From contig JAJDCA010000068.1 of the NCBI GenBank assembly GCA_029261055.1, positions 133,275 through 197,274 of the forward strand: a stretch of 64,000 bases of DNA, read 5' to 3'. Position 1 is the stretch's first letter; each line of letters starts with the position of its first letter. The notes under the pieces were generated by a model. The model saw only the letters and a program-made list of their open reading frames with translations, searched no databases and was not told where the DNA came from. The stretch comes from Candidatus Omnitrophota bacterium. Its GTDB lineage: Bacteria; Omnitrophota; Gorgyraeia; Zapsychrales; Zapsychraceae. The translations under genes and the position numbers were made by a program. Shown piece by piece: positions 18,668 through 28,512 of this stretch.

Positions 18668-19738
18668 CTAGATGGTTTCTTTTTTATTGGCAACTTCGGC
18701 CTCCTTAAATGTGGCGACTTCATTATAAATGCGCGCGCCGGCTTCTAAAATATTAAGGGCCAAAGCAGCCCCGCTGGCTTCCCCTAATCGCATGGATAAA
18801 TTAAGTAAAGGCCGCTGCTTGAATTCTTCAAAAACGTAACGATGGCCACCTTCTTGAGATTCATGCGCTAAGAATACATAATCTAGAATTGCTGGATTTA
18901 ATCGAAAAGCAATAAGTGTCGCGGCGGCCACAATCAACCCATCCACCACAACAGGAATAGATTTATGTGCACCCGCTAAAATAGCCCCTGTCATCGCAGC
19001 AATTTCTAAACCACCTAATCTTTGTAAAACATCAAGGGGAGCATTCAATTCAGCTCTATACTTTTTTATCGCCTCATCAATAACCTTTATCTTTAATTTA
19101 AGCCCATCATCATCAACACCCGTTCCGCGCCCCGTGACTTTAGCGGCAGGAAGATTTAAAATGGCGGCAATCACCGCTGCCGCTGAGGTTGTATTGCCGA
19201 TCCCCATTTCACCTAACGCTAAAATTTTAATACTGTCTTTTTCAGCCGCCTCAACCATATCCCACCCCACCTGCAGGGCCTGATCTAATTCATCCGCAGA
19301 CATCGCCGACTCTATTTTTAAATTCCCTGTCCCTTTTCTCACTTTAGCTTTTATTAAATCCGAATGATCGTTCAAATCCCCGTCAACGCCGACATCAATT
19401 ACTTTCACATCGGCTCCGAGTTGCCGAGCCAAAGCATTAATAGTCGCGCCGCCATTAATAAAATTCAAAACCATCGCCTGAGTTACTTCACGTGGATATA
19501 AACTGACGCCCTCTTGTTCCACCCCATGATCTGCCGCAAAGACAAGAATACGTTTTTTGCTTACATCCAATCGCTCTGCTTTCTGAATAGAGACCAACTT
19601 ACAAATCATTTCTTCAAGCTGCCCCAAACTTCCTTGTGGCCGCGTTTGTTCATCTAGACGTGCTTGTCCTTTTTTTAACCAAGCGGCATCAACACGTTTA
19701 ATACACTTTGATTTCTCTATCCACTTATCACTCATCAC
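18668..19738 (-). CDS. cobT: nicotinate-nucleotide--dimethylbenzimidazole phosphoribosyltransferase
   Basis: LGEMGIGNTTSAAAV and LAHESQEGGH match CobT motifs. Confidence 0.85.
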   Translation of the reverse strand: MMSDKWIEKSKCIKRVDAAWLKKGQARLDEQTRPQGSLGQLEEMICKLVSIQKAERLDVSKKRILVFAADHGVEQEGVSLYPREVTQAMVLNFINGGATINALARQLGADVKVIDVGVDGDLNDHSDLIKAKVRKGTGNLKIESAMSADELDQALQVGWDMVEAAEKDSIKILALGEMGIGNTTSAAAVIAAILNLPAAKVTGRGTGVDDDGLKLKIKVIDEAIKKYRAELNAPLDVLQRLGGLEIAAMTGAILAGAHKSIPVVVDGLIVAAATLIAFRLNPAILDYVFLAHESQEGGHRYVFEEFKQRPLLNLSMRLGEASGAALALNILEAGARIYNEVATFKEAEVANKKETI

Positions 19739-20280
19739 TTATCACTTACCCCTTTCACCCATTGAGGAATTCCTGAAATTAACATCACCACCTCATCGCT
19801 AACAACCGCCATTCGCTGATTCACTCGCCCAAGTCTATCAGCATAACGCCGCGCTAATGTATTATCCGGCATAATACCTAAACCAACCTCATTGGTCACA
19901 ATTATGATATTGGCTCTTGGCTGCGACAAAATTTTAATAAATGCCTCTATTTGACTTTCAATAGCTGACTCATCATCCGAAAATTGATGAAAAAGATTAT
20001 TGATCCACATCGTCGCGCAATCCACTAAAATAACTTCTGTATCGGTTTGCACATTTTTTATAGCTTGCGCTAAATGCACCGATTCTTCCACTGTTTTAAA
20101 ATCCTGCCCTCGCTCTTCTTGATGCTTTCTTATTTTTATCCGCATGTGCTCGTCAAAAGCCGTTGCTGTCGCAATCATCAGCCGGCCCTCATTAAATTTA
20201 TTTGCCAAATCAAGCGCAAAACGACTCTTCCCGCTTTTAATACCACCGGTAACCAATATTACTTTCTTAGACGCATCCAT
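19735..20280 (-). CDS. cobU: adenosylcobinamide kinase / adenosylcobinamide-phosphate guanylyltransferase
   Basis: ILVTGGIKSGKSRFA P-loop; 181 aa; cob cluster context. Confidence 0.85.
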   Translation of the reverse strand: MDASKKVILVTGGIKSGKSRFALDLANKFNEGRLMIATATAFDEHMRIKIRKHQEERGQDFKTVEESVHLAQAIKNVQTDTEVILVDCATMWINNLFHQFSDDESAIESQIEAFIKILSQPRANIIIVTNEVGLGIMPDNTLARRYADRLGRVNQRMAVVSDEVVMLISGIPQWVKGVSDK

Positions 20281-20893
20281 GGGGAACGATTCCTTTTAGA
20301 GGAGTAGGGCTATTTAACAAAACAAGCTGTGTGGAATATTGATATTTACCAATCACCGTCATGGATCCCGGATCAATCCGAAATTGTGACAAATGCTGTT
20401 CACTCAGCTTTAATAATTCAAGTAAAAATATGCGGATGGGACCACCGTGGGTGACAATAATAATTTTCTTATTGTCATAATGGGATTGGCAGTACCGAAT
20501 AAAAGATTTGATACGCTTTTTAAGAGATGCAATAGATTCGCCGCCCTTCGGCGTTAGGATTTTTCCTTTAGACCATTTCTCATACGAAGCATCTTTTTCT
20601 TCTAACAATTCATTGGCTGTTTTCCCTTCCCAAACACCAAATCCCAACTCATCTAAACGCGCATCAACTTTAGGTTTTTTATTTAAAGGGGAACAAAAAA
20701 TTTTGGCGGATTCCTTACAACGATCTAACTGTGATGAAAAAATAACATCTGGCTGAAACTTAGATATTTCAGATACAAAACGACGAACCTGCCCTCGCCC
20801 CTTAGCTGTTAGTGGAGTGTTGGTCTTACCTTGATATCGCCGTTCCTTCGTCCAAAGCGTTTCCCCGTGACGAATAAGAACAAAATGAATCAT
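20267..20893 (-). CDS. cobC: alpha-ribazole-5'-phosphate phosphatase (histidine phosphatase family)
   Basis: LIRHGETLWT (RHG motif) N-terminus; 208 aa; cob cluster context. Confidence 0.75.
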   Translation of the reverse strand: MIHFVLIRHGETLWTKERRYQGKTNTPLTAKGRGQVRRFVSEISKFQPDVIFSSQLDRCKESAKIFCSPLNKKPKVDARLDELGFGVWEGKTANELLEEKDASYEKWSKGKILTPKGGESIASLKKRIKSFIRYCQSHYDNKKIIIVTHGGPIRIFLLELLKLSEQHLSQFRIDPGSMTVIGKYQYSTQLVLLNSPTPLKGIVPHGCV

Positions 20894-21588
20894 ATTTCTT
20901 TAAGCCCCATATTGTCCCAGCTGTCCCATGAAATTAATTCATCAAGAGGCATTCTCTTACGCCAACCAGATGTTTCTAACAAAGGCTTTTTATCAAATTT
21001 CGAAACATAACCTAAACATAAATACGCAATAGGTTTAATATGTTTTGGCATATTAAGAACTTTTTTAAGAAGCCCATTATTAATAATACTCACCCATCCA
21101 ACACCAATACCTTCGGCACGCGCCGCCAACCATAAATTTTGAACTGCACAACACGTACTGAACATATCCGTTTCCTTGATAGTATTCCGTCCCAAAACAT
21201 GCTTTCCGCCACGACTAGAATCACACGTAATACAAATATTCACCGGTGATTCTTCTATGCCTTCCAATTTAAACGAACCGTACATTTCCTTTGCCTTACC
21301 GCTGTAATTAGATTTTGCTTTTTCATTTTCTTTAACAAAAACACCCTTAATTTTTTTCTTAATCTTCACATCCTCAATCACAATAAAATTCCATGGCTGC
21401 ATAAAACCAACCGAGCCGGCATGATGCGCTGCATTAAGAAGCTTCAGAAGAATTTTTCTAGAAATTTTCCGCGGTAAGAATTCCTTACGAACATCCCGTC
21501 GTTCATGAATAGCGCGATACACCCCTTTTTTTTCTGCATCATCAAAAGCGTGTTCATTTACATTTTCATTCATAATCTTTATCTCCAC
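20890..21588 (-). CDS. bluB: 5,6-dimethylbenzimidazole synthase (BluB, flavin-destructase nitroreductase family)
   Basis: YRAIHERRDVRKEFLPRKI...AAHHAGSVGFMQPWNFIVIED closely parallels the BluB signature (RRDVRDEF...APSVGFMQPWNF). Confidence 0.8.
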   Translation of the reverse strand: MEIKIMNENVNEHAFDDAEKKGVYRAIHERRDVRKEFLPRKISRKILLKLLNAAHHAGSVGFMQPWNFIVIEDVKIKKKIKGVFVKENEKAKSNYSGKAKEMYGSFKLEGIEESPVNICITCDSSRGGKHVLGRNTIKETDMFSTCCAVQNLWLAARAEGIGVGWVSIINNGLLKKVLNMPKHIKPIAYLCLGYVSKFDKKPLLETSGWRKRMPLDELISWDSWDNMGLKEI

Positions 21589-21608
21589 GCACTGATTTCT
21601 TCAAAAAT

Positions 21609-22289
21609 TTACGCCCCATTGCTTTTCTTCCATCGTTCAACACCCTGATGAATAACCTCATAAACAACCGCCCCTATGAGATACCCTACATCTGTATGTT
21701 TCCCCGCATACTTTCTTTGACTTTCTAAATCTGTAATCGGCGCAGCAATTCCAATGCAATCTGTTCCTGTTCCGGTAGCAGGCAAACCACTATGACTACT
21801 TGGATATTGAGAATCTAATATGGCCGCAGTTCTTGCTTCGGCGGCTATAGAAATAGCCTCAACCATAGCCTCATCGGATAAGGCCGTTGACAACTGGACA
21901 ATAAGATTAATCGTCCCGATATGATCTGCAGAACCTGGTAAATCCCCGACACGTAATGCATTTGTCATGCCTACTGTCGCAATGCAACGCGCTAAATTTT
22001 GGCAAAAATCCTTTTCGATGTCAATAAAAGTTTCCAGCTCAGCACTGGTTAATAACCCGACAGCCTCTTCCAGCCCCTTTTGTTTTAGCTTTTCTTGTAA
22101 AAATAAGCCCGGGTTAACATCCCGACCGATCTCTTGATCCTCAACTCTGTACCAAGCAAATTGACGTGACTGCCGCATCCCCCCATTTAAAACCGCCCAA
22201 CTTAACACTTTATGCGGCTGTTCAAACGCCACTGTAAGCCAATTTCCTTCTTGAATAATTTCAGTTTGCATAGGTTTTTTCCAAATCAA
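21609..22289 (-). CDS. cbiZ: adenosylcobinamide amidohydrolase
   Basis: ~225 aa with the GLPATGTGTDCIG segment characteristic of CbiZ; cob salvage context. Confidence 0.6.
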   Translation of the reverse strand: MIWKKPMQTEIIQEGNWLTVAFEQPHKVLSWAVLNGGMRQSRQFAWYRVEDQEIGRDVNPGLFLQEKLKQKGLEEAVGLLTSAELETFIDIEKDFCQNLARCIATVGMTNALRVGDLPGSADHIGTINLIVQLSTALSDEAMVEAISIAAEARTAAILDSQYPSSHSGLPATGTGTDCIGIAAPITDLESQRKYAGKHTDVGYLIGAVVYEVIHQGVERWKKSNGA

Positions 22290-23883
22290 GTATTTCCTCT
22301 AACACCTTCATATCCATATGCTTTTCAAATTCATTGGCTAATCGATCATAAGGCGAAGCCTCATTTAATTCTGTATTTTCAAACGACTCAATAGGGAATA
22401 GACTGGCTGAAACACGAATTTTATTAATAAAATACCGCCGAAAATCATCCTTTTCAAACAATCCATGAATGTATGTTCCCCATATGCAATCTCTATGATA
22501 TCCTTCGCCCCCTTCAGCAGGTTTACCCTCACGCTCTATAATTTGAAAAAACGGCTCTGCCTTGTTTAGATAATGCGTCTGCCCCATATGAATTTCATAC
22601 CCTTCCACAGGCAATTGACTTTCCACATGAACACCCTTAACTTGCACCGTTATTTTTTCTTTAGAAAAAGCTGTCGTCATAGGAATCAATTGCAGCCCCT
22701 CTGTAACCTTTGTATTTGATTCAACCGCATACGGATCTTCAATAGCTTGCCCCAACATTTGATAACCGCCACATATACCCAATACAGATGATCCTGCACG
22801 TAAACAGCGTTGAATATGTTCACCAAATCCTGTTCGTTTTAAGAAATCTAAATCACTAATCGTATTTTTTGTCCCCGGAATAATCAAAAGGTCAGGAATA
22901 ATATTACGATCGGGCCTTTCGATAAAATCCAACATAATATCTTGCTCTTTATTTAAATGATCAAAATCTGTAAAGTTAGATATGCGCGGCAAACGGATGA
23001 CATGAACTAATAAATTGGTCCGCGGGTCCTGCCGCATCCAATCGTTCGCGGGCCCCTCCGCCCGGTGTGGATCCTCCCGCTCACTGGATTGGCCGCGCCA
23101 CCCGCTAGATGCAATCGAAGTTTTGGGATAGCTTCTATGCTGAAATCCTTTTTTCTTCTCAAGAACAACCGCATCCTCTTGTTCAATATCTAAATTTGGA
23201 AACATCGGAAGGACCCCCAGAGACTTTCTTTGTATTTTATTTTCTATCCATTCTAAACCAGATATAAAAAGATCTTTATCTCCACGAAATTTATTAATAA
23301 TAAATGTTTTGACCAAATTTTTTTCTTCTTCATCAAAAAGATCAAACGTCCCCACGATTTGCGCAAATACCCCGCCTTTATCAATATCCCCGACTAAAAT
23401 CACAGGCGACTTAACCGCCTTAGCCACCGACATATTCACAATATCTTTATCTTTAATATTCACTTCCGCCGGGCTTCCCGCACCTTCAATCACCACAATA
23501 TCATAATCCTGCCGTAATTGATTCAAGGCCTCATGAGCCCGTTCCATCAAAATCTGCCGTCTTTGATAATAATCCTTAGCCTCAAGCGTATCAAAAACCT
23601 TACCCATCACAATCACCTGTGACGTCTTGTCTGTATTAGGTTTTAACAAAATAGGATTCATAAACACGGTAGGTTCAATCCCGCAAGCCTCAGCCTGCAC
23701 AGCCTGCGCCCGTCCAATCTCACCACCGCCTGCCGTGACATAAGAATTATTAGACATATTCTGCGCCTTAAACGGCGCCACCCGAAACCCCCGCCGTTTT
23801 AACAAACGACAAATAGCGGTAGCCACAACACTCTTCCCCACATCCGACCCCGTCCCCTGAACCATGATTGTTTTAGCTAACAT
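22261..23883 (-). CDS. cobQ: cobyric acid synthase (CobQ/CbiP), carrying an extra ~40-aa hydrophilic insert in the inter-domain linker
   Basis: TIMVQGTGSDVGKSV N-terminus; C-terminal glutamine amidotransferase domain (LGICGGYQMLG, IHGLFE). Confidence 0.85.
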   Translation of the reverse strand: MLAKTIMVQGTGSDVGKSVVATAICRLLKRRGFRVAPFKAQNMSNNSYVTAGGGEIGRAQAVQAEACGIEPTVFMNPILLKPNTDKTSQVIVMGKVFDTLEAKDYYQRRQILMERAHEALNQLRQDYDIVVIEGAGSPAEVNIKDKDIVNMSVAKAVKSPVILVGDIDKGGVFAQIVGTFDLFDEEEKNLVKTFIINKFRGDKDLFISGLEWIENKIQRKSLGVLPMFPNLDIEQEDAVVLEKKKGFQHRSYPKTSIASSGWRGQSSEREDPHRAEGPANDWMRQDPRTNLLVHVIRLPRISNFTDFDHLNKEQDIMLDFIERPDRNIIPDLLIIPGTKNTISDLDFLKRTGFGEHIQRCLRAGSSVLGICGGYQMLGQAIEDPYAVESNTKVTEGLQLIPMTTAFSKEKITVQVKGVHVESQLPVEGYEIHMGQTHYLNKAEPFFQIIEREGKPAEGGEGYHRDCIWGTYIHGLFEKDDFRRYFINKIRVSASLFPIESFENTELNEASPYDRLANEFEKHMDMKVLEEILDLEKTYAN

Positions 23884-24244
23884 TTTTTTTAAACCCAACT
23901 TTTAATCCTAGAGATGTTCCATTTAACTTCTTGTCCAGGGACCAAAGCACTGCATTTGAAAGAAAGGTTGCAGCAAGCAGGTGCACATCAATATAACCTA
24001 AACCTTTTCCCATCAATTTCTTATTTTCAATAAATTCTAAAACTTCTTGATGATTGGCCTGAATGGCTTTTGGAAGTGCCAGCAACAAAGAAAGTATTTC
24101 TTTTCTATTCTTAATATTTCCACAAGCAAGTTCACCGATAATATAATGATGACATATAACATCACCCTCATTGAGCAACTTGACAAGTTGGGCATTTCCG
24201 GTCCGGAAATGATCAATCCATACGGATGTATCTACAAGAACCAT
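23873..24244 (-). CDS. vapC: PIN-domain toxin (VapC family)
   Basis: MVLVDTSVWIDHFR... with conserved acidic residues; 123 aa; paired with the upstream VapB. Confidence 0.75.
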   Translation of the reverse strand: MVLVDTSVWIDHFRTGNAQLVKLLNEGDVICHHYIIGELACGNIKNRKEILSLLLALPKAIQANHQEVLEFIENKKLMGKGLGYIDVHLLAATFLSNAVLWSLDKKLNGTSLGLKVGFKKNVS

Positions 24245-24256
24245 TTATTAATCCCT

Positions 24257-24442
24257 TCATTTTCTTCTTGGAATTGATTGTAGTTTCTTTTCGGACCCCC
24301 CTAATTTTGCCAATCTATGACCGCTTTCCAATGATATCAAAGCTTCTAAACCACGCTTAATAAGATAAGTTTTTTCCTTAATTCCTGTTAACTGCGAAGC
24401 TCTCTTGAGCAATGCGTCTTCAATATTCAATGTAGTTCTCAT
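24257..24442 (-). CDS. vapB: VapB-family antitoxin (PSK/Rv0623-like)
   Basis: MRTTLNIEDALLKRASQLTGIKEKTYLIKRGLEALISLESGHRLAKLGGSE matches the type II VapB (PSK trans-factor) consensus. Confidence 0.7.
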   Translation of the reverse strand: MRTTLNIEDALLKRASQLTGIKEKTYLIKRGLEALISLESGHRLAKLGGSEKKLQSIPRRK

Positions 24443-24454
24443 ATCACCCCTCCT

Positions 24455-24500
24455 TTCAAATATGCAATATTATATGCATAAGTATGCATTATTAATGCAT
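24455..24500. promoter_or_regulatory. putative vapBC operator: three TATGCAT/ATGCATA half-sites (atatgcataagtatgcattattaatgcatacatg)
   Basis: Repeated palindromic hexamers immediately upstream of vapB, consistent with TA autoregulation. Confidence 0.35.
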
Positions 24501-24525
24501 ACATGTCAAAGAGTATTTCTCATAA

Positions 24526-25938
24526 TTATTTTTTGTTAGCCCTTTTCATATAATCCCGTGCTCGCTGAATAAGCATGTGCGCCCTTTTGGGATATGATAA
24601 AAAATGACAGTGGACGTAGCTCGCCAAAACATTATTCGAGCAATATCCTTCCAGCCGCTGGGACCGTCTTCTTTTCTTCTTAACTTCATGAATTGAATGC
24701 GTGCCTTCATCCGACCAACGTGAATAGTGAAATTCATGCCCTCGAAAGGAATCTCCCGCATCGCCTAAAAAACACTTTTTTAAAATTTGATTTTCACAAT
24801 AACCAAAATGGACAAGCTTTTCTGTCATTTCGATTTGGCCGGAAATAATACCTGCCATATTGTAAACTTCACCGCTTAACACCTTCACAGATTCTGCCAA
24901 ATAAATAAGCCCTCCACATTCTGCATAAGTCGGTATTCCTTGTTTAATCAAATTTTGTACAGACTCTCGCATAGACACATTTTCTTCAATCTCTTTTGCA
25001 TAAACTTCCGGAAAGCCTCCCCCAAAATAAAGCGCACCAATATCCTCAGGAAGCTGCGTGTCGTTTAAAGGACTAAAAGGTATCAATGTTGCGCCACATG
25101 ATTCCAGAAAATCTAAATTGGCCTGATAATAAAACTGAAAGGCCTTATCCTTGGCATACGCAATACGCACAGATTTTTTTAATGTTCTCTGAGGAGAAAT
25201 CGCGTCTGACTTAAAAAAAAAATTATTCTTACTTTCTTGCGCAATTTTAAGAATCTTATTTAAATTGATCTGCGTTGAATCATTATCGTCTTCTGTGGTT
25301 GTATATTTCTTAAGTTCATTCAAACATGTTTTCAAATCATCATTTTCCGATGCCGTCGTTAAACCTAAATGCCGTTCCGGAATAAAAATTGTTTCATCTT
25401 TAAAAATAACTCCGAGCACGGGGATCTGATTATAAAACTGAACCGACTCTTTGAGCATATCTAAATGCCCTTGGCTAGCCACACGATTTAAAATAACGCC
25501 GCAAATATGAATATCGGAATCTAATGTTTGATATCCTTTAATAACAGCTGCCACCGACCGCGCCATTCTTCCGGCATCCACAACTAAAATGACAGGGGCT
25601 TGAAGAATCTTCGCAATATTTGCCGTGCCTCCTTCATCGCTTGTGTTAGAGAAACCATCAAACAATCCCATCACCCCCTCGATAACGGCAATATCACATC
25701 CAACTGTTTCTTTCTGAAATAATGCACAGACTTGTTCTTTTCCCATCATCCAATCATCTAAATTATGTGACGGCAACCCCGTTGCGACAGCATGATAGCT
25801 TGGATCAATGTAGTCAGGGCCAACTTTGAAAGCCCGAACCTTAATCCCCATACCCCGAAATCCCTGCATAATACTTAATGCAACCGATGTTTTTCCTACA
25901 CCGCTATGAGTTCCGGCAATAATAATTTTAGTCTGCAT
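24526..25938 (-). CDS. cbiA: cobyrinic acid a,c-diamide synthase (CbiA/CobB)
   Basis: IIIAGTHSGVGKTSVALSIM N-terminus; C-terminal GATase domain; 470 aa. Confidence 0.85.
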   Translation of the reverse strand: MQTKIIIAGTHSGVGKTSVALSIMQGFRGMGIKVRAFKVGPDYIDPSYHAVATGLPSHNLDDWMMGKEQVCALFQKETVGCDIAVIEGVMGLFDGFSNTSDEGGTANIAKILQAPVILVVDAGRMARSVAAVIKGYQTLDSDIHICGVILNRVASQGHLDMLKESVQFYNQIPVLGVIFKDETIFIPERHLGLTTASENDDLKTCLNELKKYTTTEDDNDSTQINLNKILKIAQESKNNFFFKSDAISPQRTLKKSVRIAYAKDKAFQFYYQANLDFLESCGATLIPFSPLNDTQLPEDIGALYFGGGFPEVYAKEIEENVSMRESVQNLIKQGIPTYAECGGLIYLAESVKVLSGEVYNMAGIISGQIEMTEKLVHFGYCENQILKKCFLGDAGDSFRGHEFHYSRWSDEGTHSIHEVKKKRRRSQRLEGYCSNNVLASYVHCHFLSYPKRAHMLIQRARDYMKRANKK

Positions 25939-25942
25939 AATT

Positions 25943-26728
25943 CTAAACGGTTGTTTCTGTAGGATGATACTCAGGATACCTCTCCTGAATCACTTTACGC
26001 GAATACGAATAATGATGAACAATCTGTTCTGTGGTGTATTTATGTTCACGGGCATACGGGCAGGCTAATCGGGCAAGACAACGATCTTGGCAAATCGAGT
26101 TTTCTTCTAGGCGAAATGGCAGGCATGTCTTTTTGTTAAAATCACCTAATGTTTCCGCAATTTCGGATACAGCCCCGGACGGACAGGCCTTTATGCAAGG
26201 TTTATCTTCACACGTCGCACACGGTGAGTTGAAAATTTGACGTGATGTTTCCGGCAAATTGAGTGTGGCTAAGAAAACAGATCGATACGCATGCCACACT
26301 CCAAATTCTTTATGAATATTTTTACCTAAAGGGGTCGGATGTGTCCATCCAAGCCAATGCGTAAATGTTTGAATAGGAAAACGTGGCAATCTTTTAGGAA
26401 ATAAAGGAACAATTTCACTTCCTTTTAAATACGTTTTAATAAACTCAGGCACAATCCTTTCTGTAAAACAATTAACCGGATCAATAGGGTCTCGATTTTC
26501 ATTATCTAAAGCCTTCCAAAGCTGCCTTCCACCGCTGCCAATGGTAATAAGCGAAGAGAATTTCCCAAAATCGATATTCTGTGCGGCTAAATCATCTAGA
26601 ATATCTTGCGGAAGTGATGAGCTAGCTGTAATAGAAAATAAATTGTATCCGTTTTGTGATAAAAATTGAACTCCTTGAGATAGATGCTCTTTCATCACAC
26701 CTTTTCCTTTTTTTGAACCCGACCCCAT
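25943..26728 (-). CDS. Cys-rich ferredoxin-like Fe-S protein of unknown function embedded in the corrinoid cluster
   Basis: C-terminal CATCEDKPCIKACP and CQDRCLARLACP motifs (Cys spacings not canonical CxxCxxCxxxCP); 261 aa. Confidence 0.4.
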   Translation of the reverse strand: MGSGSKKGKGVMKEHLSQGVQFLSQNGYNLFSITASSSLPQDILDDLAAQNIDFGKFSSLITIGSGGRQLWKALDNENRDPIDPVNCFTERIVPEFIKTYLKGSEIVPLFPKRLPRFPIQTFTHWLGWTHPTPLGKNIHKEFGVWHAYRSVFLATLNLPETSRQIFNSPCATCEDKPCIKACPSGAVSEIAETLGDFNKKTCLPFRLEENSICQDRCLARLACPYAREHKYTTEQIVHHYSYSRKVIQERYPEYHPTETTV

Positions 26729-27486
26729 GGCACGACATAAAATCCTTCTTTACCCTGACCATACTTGGCTGTAATCCCATAAGCGGTTTCCAAATTCTTA
26801 GATGTTAAAACTTCTTTGGGCGTCCCCGAAACGAGAATTTTACCTTCATTCAACAAATACAATTTGTGACAATACCGTGCCGCTAAGGATAGATCATGCA
26901 AAACAACCGCAACGCCCCGGCCATCCTCAGCCATTTTACGTAATAATTGCATCACCTGAATTTGGTGATTTGGATCTAATCCGGAAACAGGCTCATCTGC
27001 CAAAAGAATATTTGACTGAACAGCAATAGCCCGCGCCAACATCACAAGTCGCTTTTCTCCGCCGGATAATTTTGTTACCGTTCGTCCACTCAGATGATCT
27101 ATTTCTGCTAATGCCATAGATTGTTGAATAGCCGCAGCATCTTGCTGAGATAATTGTTGCCATGCCGAAAGATGCGGTAGGCGACCAAGCGCCACCACTT
27201 TTTCTACTTTTAATGGCCAATGAATAGTATCTCCTTGCGCCATGTAACTTAAAGACTGACTTAATGCCTTGTGCGTAATATCCTTTAATGGATGTCCTGA
27301 CAATTCAATATCTCCACTCTTAAAAGGAAGCAACCTGGCCAAACTTTTTAACAATGTTGTTTTCCCCGTTCCGTTTGAACCAATGATTCCGATTAATTCA
27401 CCTTTTTGAATTTTGAGACTTACATCTTTGACAATCAAATGATCGCCCAAATAAACAGAAATATTTTTGGCTTCTAATAAAGTCAT
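26695..27486 (-). CDS. ABC transporter ATP-binding protein (BtuD/FecE-type, corrinoid/iron-chelate importer)
   Basis: Walker A GSNGTGKTT, signature LSGGEKRLV, Walker B LLADEP. Confidence 0.8.
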   Translation of the reverse strand: MTLLEAKNISVYLGDHLIVKDVSLKIQKGELIGIIGSNGTGKTTLLKSLARLLPFKSGDIELSGHPLKDITHKALSQSLSYMAQGDTIHWPLKVEKVVALGRLPHLSAWQQLSQQDAAAIQQSMALAEIDHLSGRTVTKLSGGEKRLVMLARAIAVQSNILLADEPVSGLDPNHQIQVMQLLRKMAEDGRGVAVVLHDLSLAARYCHKLYLLNEGKILVSGTPKEVLTSKNLETAYGITAKYGQGKEGFYVVPWGRVQKKEKV

Positions 27487-28502
27487 ACCATATCTTTTTT
27501 CATTTTGTAAATCAGCATTAAGAAAAAGGGTGCCCCGATCATGGATGTTAAAACCCCAATTTTCAATTCAACCCCTGTCGACAATAAACGCACTGCCAAA
27601 TCGGCCCACAAAAGAAGAATAGCGCCTGCAATAGCACTGACCCCCAATAATTTTGAAGGATCATTCCCTACAAAAGGACGTAAAATGTGTGGCACCACCA
27701 ATCCAATAAAACCAATACTACCTGTAACAGATACGGCAGCACCAACAGAAAGCATCGTGCCTAAAACAAGCCGCAGCTTAACCATCTTCATATGAAAACC
27801 CAACGTGGAGGCGGTTTCTTCGCCTAAGGTTAAAGCACGCAAGGCGCGCGCATCCCAAAAAATAAGCACCCAACCCGTCAACATAATCGGTAAAGCCATC
27901 ATCACATGATCAAAACTGCGATTAGCCAAAGAACCCATTTGCCAAAAAATAATTTCAATGGCCGCATGCGGATCCGCCGAGAGATTAAGAGCTAATGATG
28001 TCGCTGCCACAGAAAAACTATTAACCGCAACCCCGGCTAGAATTAAAGTTTGCACACTACTATTCATACCGGCAAATATGTAAATTAAAATAATCGCTAA
28101 CAATGCACCCATCATACCTCCCAAAGGCAAAGCCAGTGGAAAGGCTTTCGCCAATCCAGTGTACATAACCAAAACAGCGCCAAAAGAAGCCCCTCCGGAA
28201 ACGCCTAAAACACCTGGTGAGGCCAATGGGTTACGTAGCAAACCCTGCATCGCTGCGCCAGCCAAACCAAGCGTAGCACCTACTAAAATACCGAGTAATG
28301 TTCGCGGAAATCGAATTTCCCAAAGAATTAAAACAGCTTGTGAAAAATTTCTTTTAAATAGCTGATCTAGCGTTTCAAACAAAGGAAACTTTGCACTGCC
28401 GATTGCCAAAGAGCACAAACAGGTTATACCGAGGACAAAAAGTAAAACAGGAATAAGAGCTCTTTCTTTTTTCTGAGGAGTTTGTTTTAATAATTGAGTC
28501 AT
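27483..28502 (-). CDS. ABC transporter permease, FecCD/BtuC family
   Basis: 339 aa with ~9-10 TM segments; family-typical length and hydrophobic pattern; operon position. Confidence 0.75.
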   Translation of the reverse strand: MTQLLKQTPQKKERALIPVLLFVLGITCLCSLAIGSAKFPLFETLDQLFKRNFSQAVLILWEIRFPRTLLGILVGATLGLAGAAMQGLLRNPLASPGVLGVSGGASFGAVLVMYTGLAKAFPLALPLGGMMGALLAIILIYIFAGMNSSVQTLILAGVAVNSFSVAATSLALNLSADPHAAIEIIFWQMGSLANRSFDHVMMALPIMLTGWVLIFWDARALRALTLGEETASTLGFHMKMVKLRLVLGTMLSVGAAVSVTGSIGFIGLVVPHILRPFVGNDPSKLLGVSAIAGAILLLWADLAVRLLSTGVELKIGVLTSMIGAPFFLMLIYKMKKDMV

Positions 28503-28512
28503 ATTTTCATTG

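Noticed and set aside
18649-18723. 25-codon N-terminal extension of cobS overlapping cobT
   Set aside because: Lys/Pro-rich, unlike CobS N-termini, and overlapping the cobT 3' end by 56 nt. The internal ATG at 18648 gives the canonical start.
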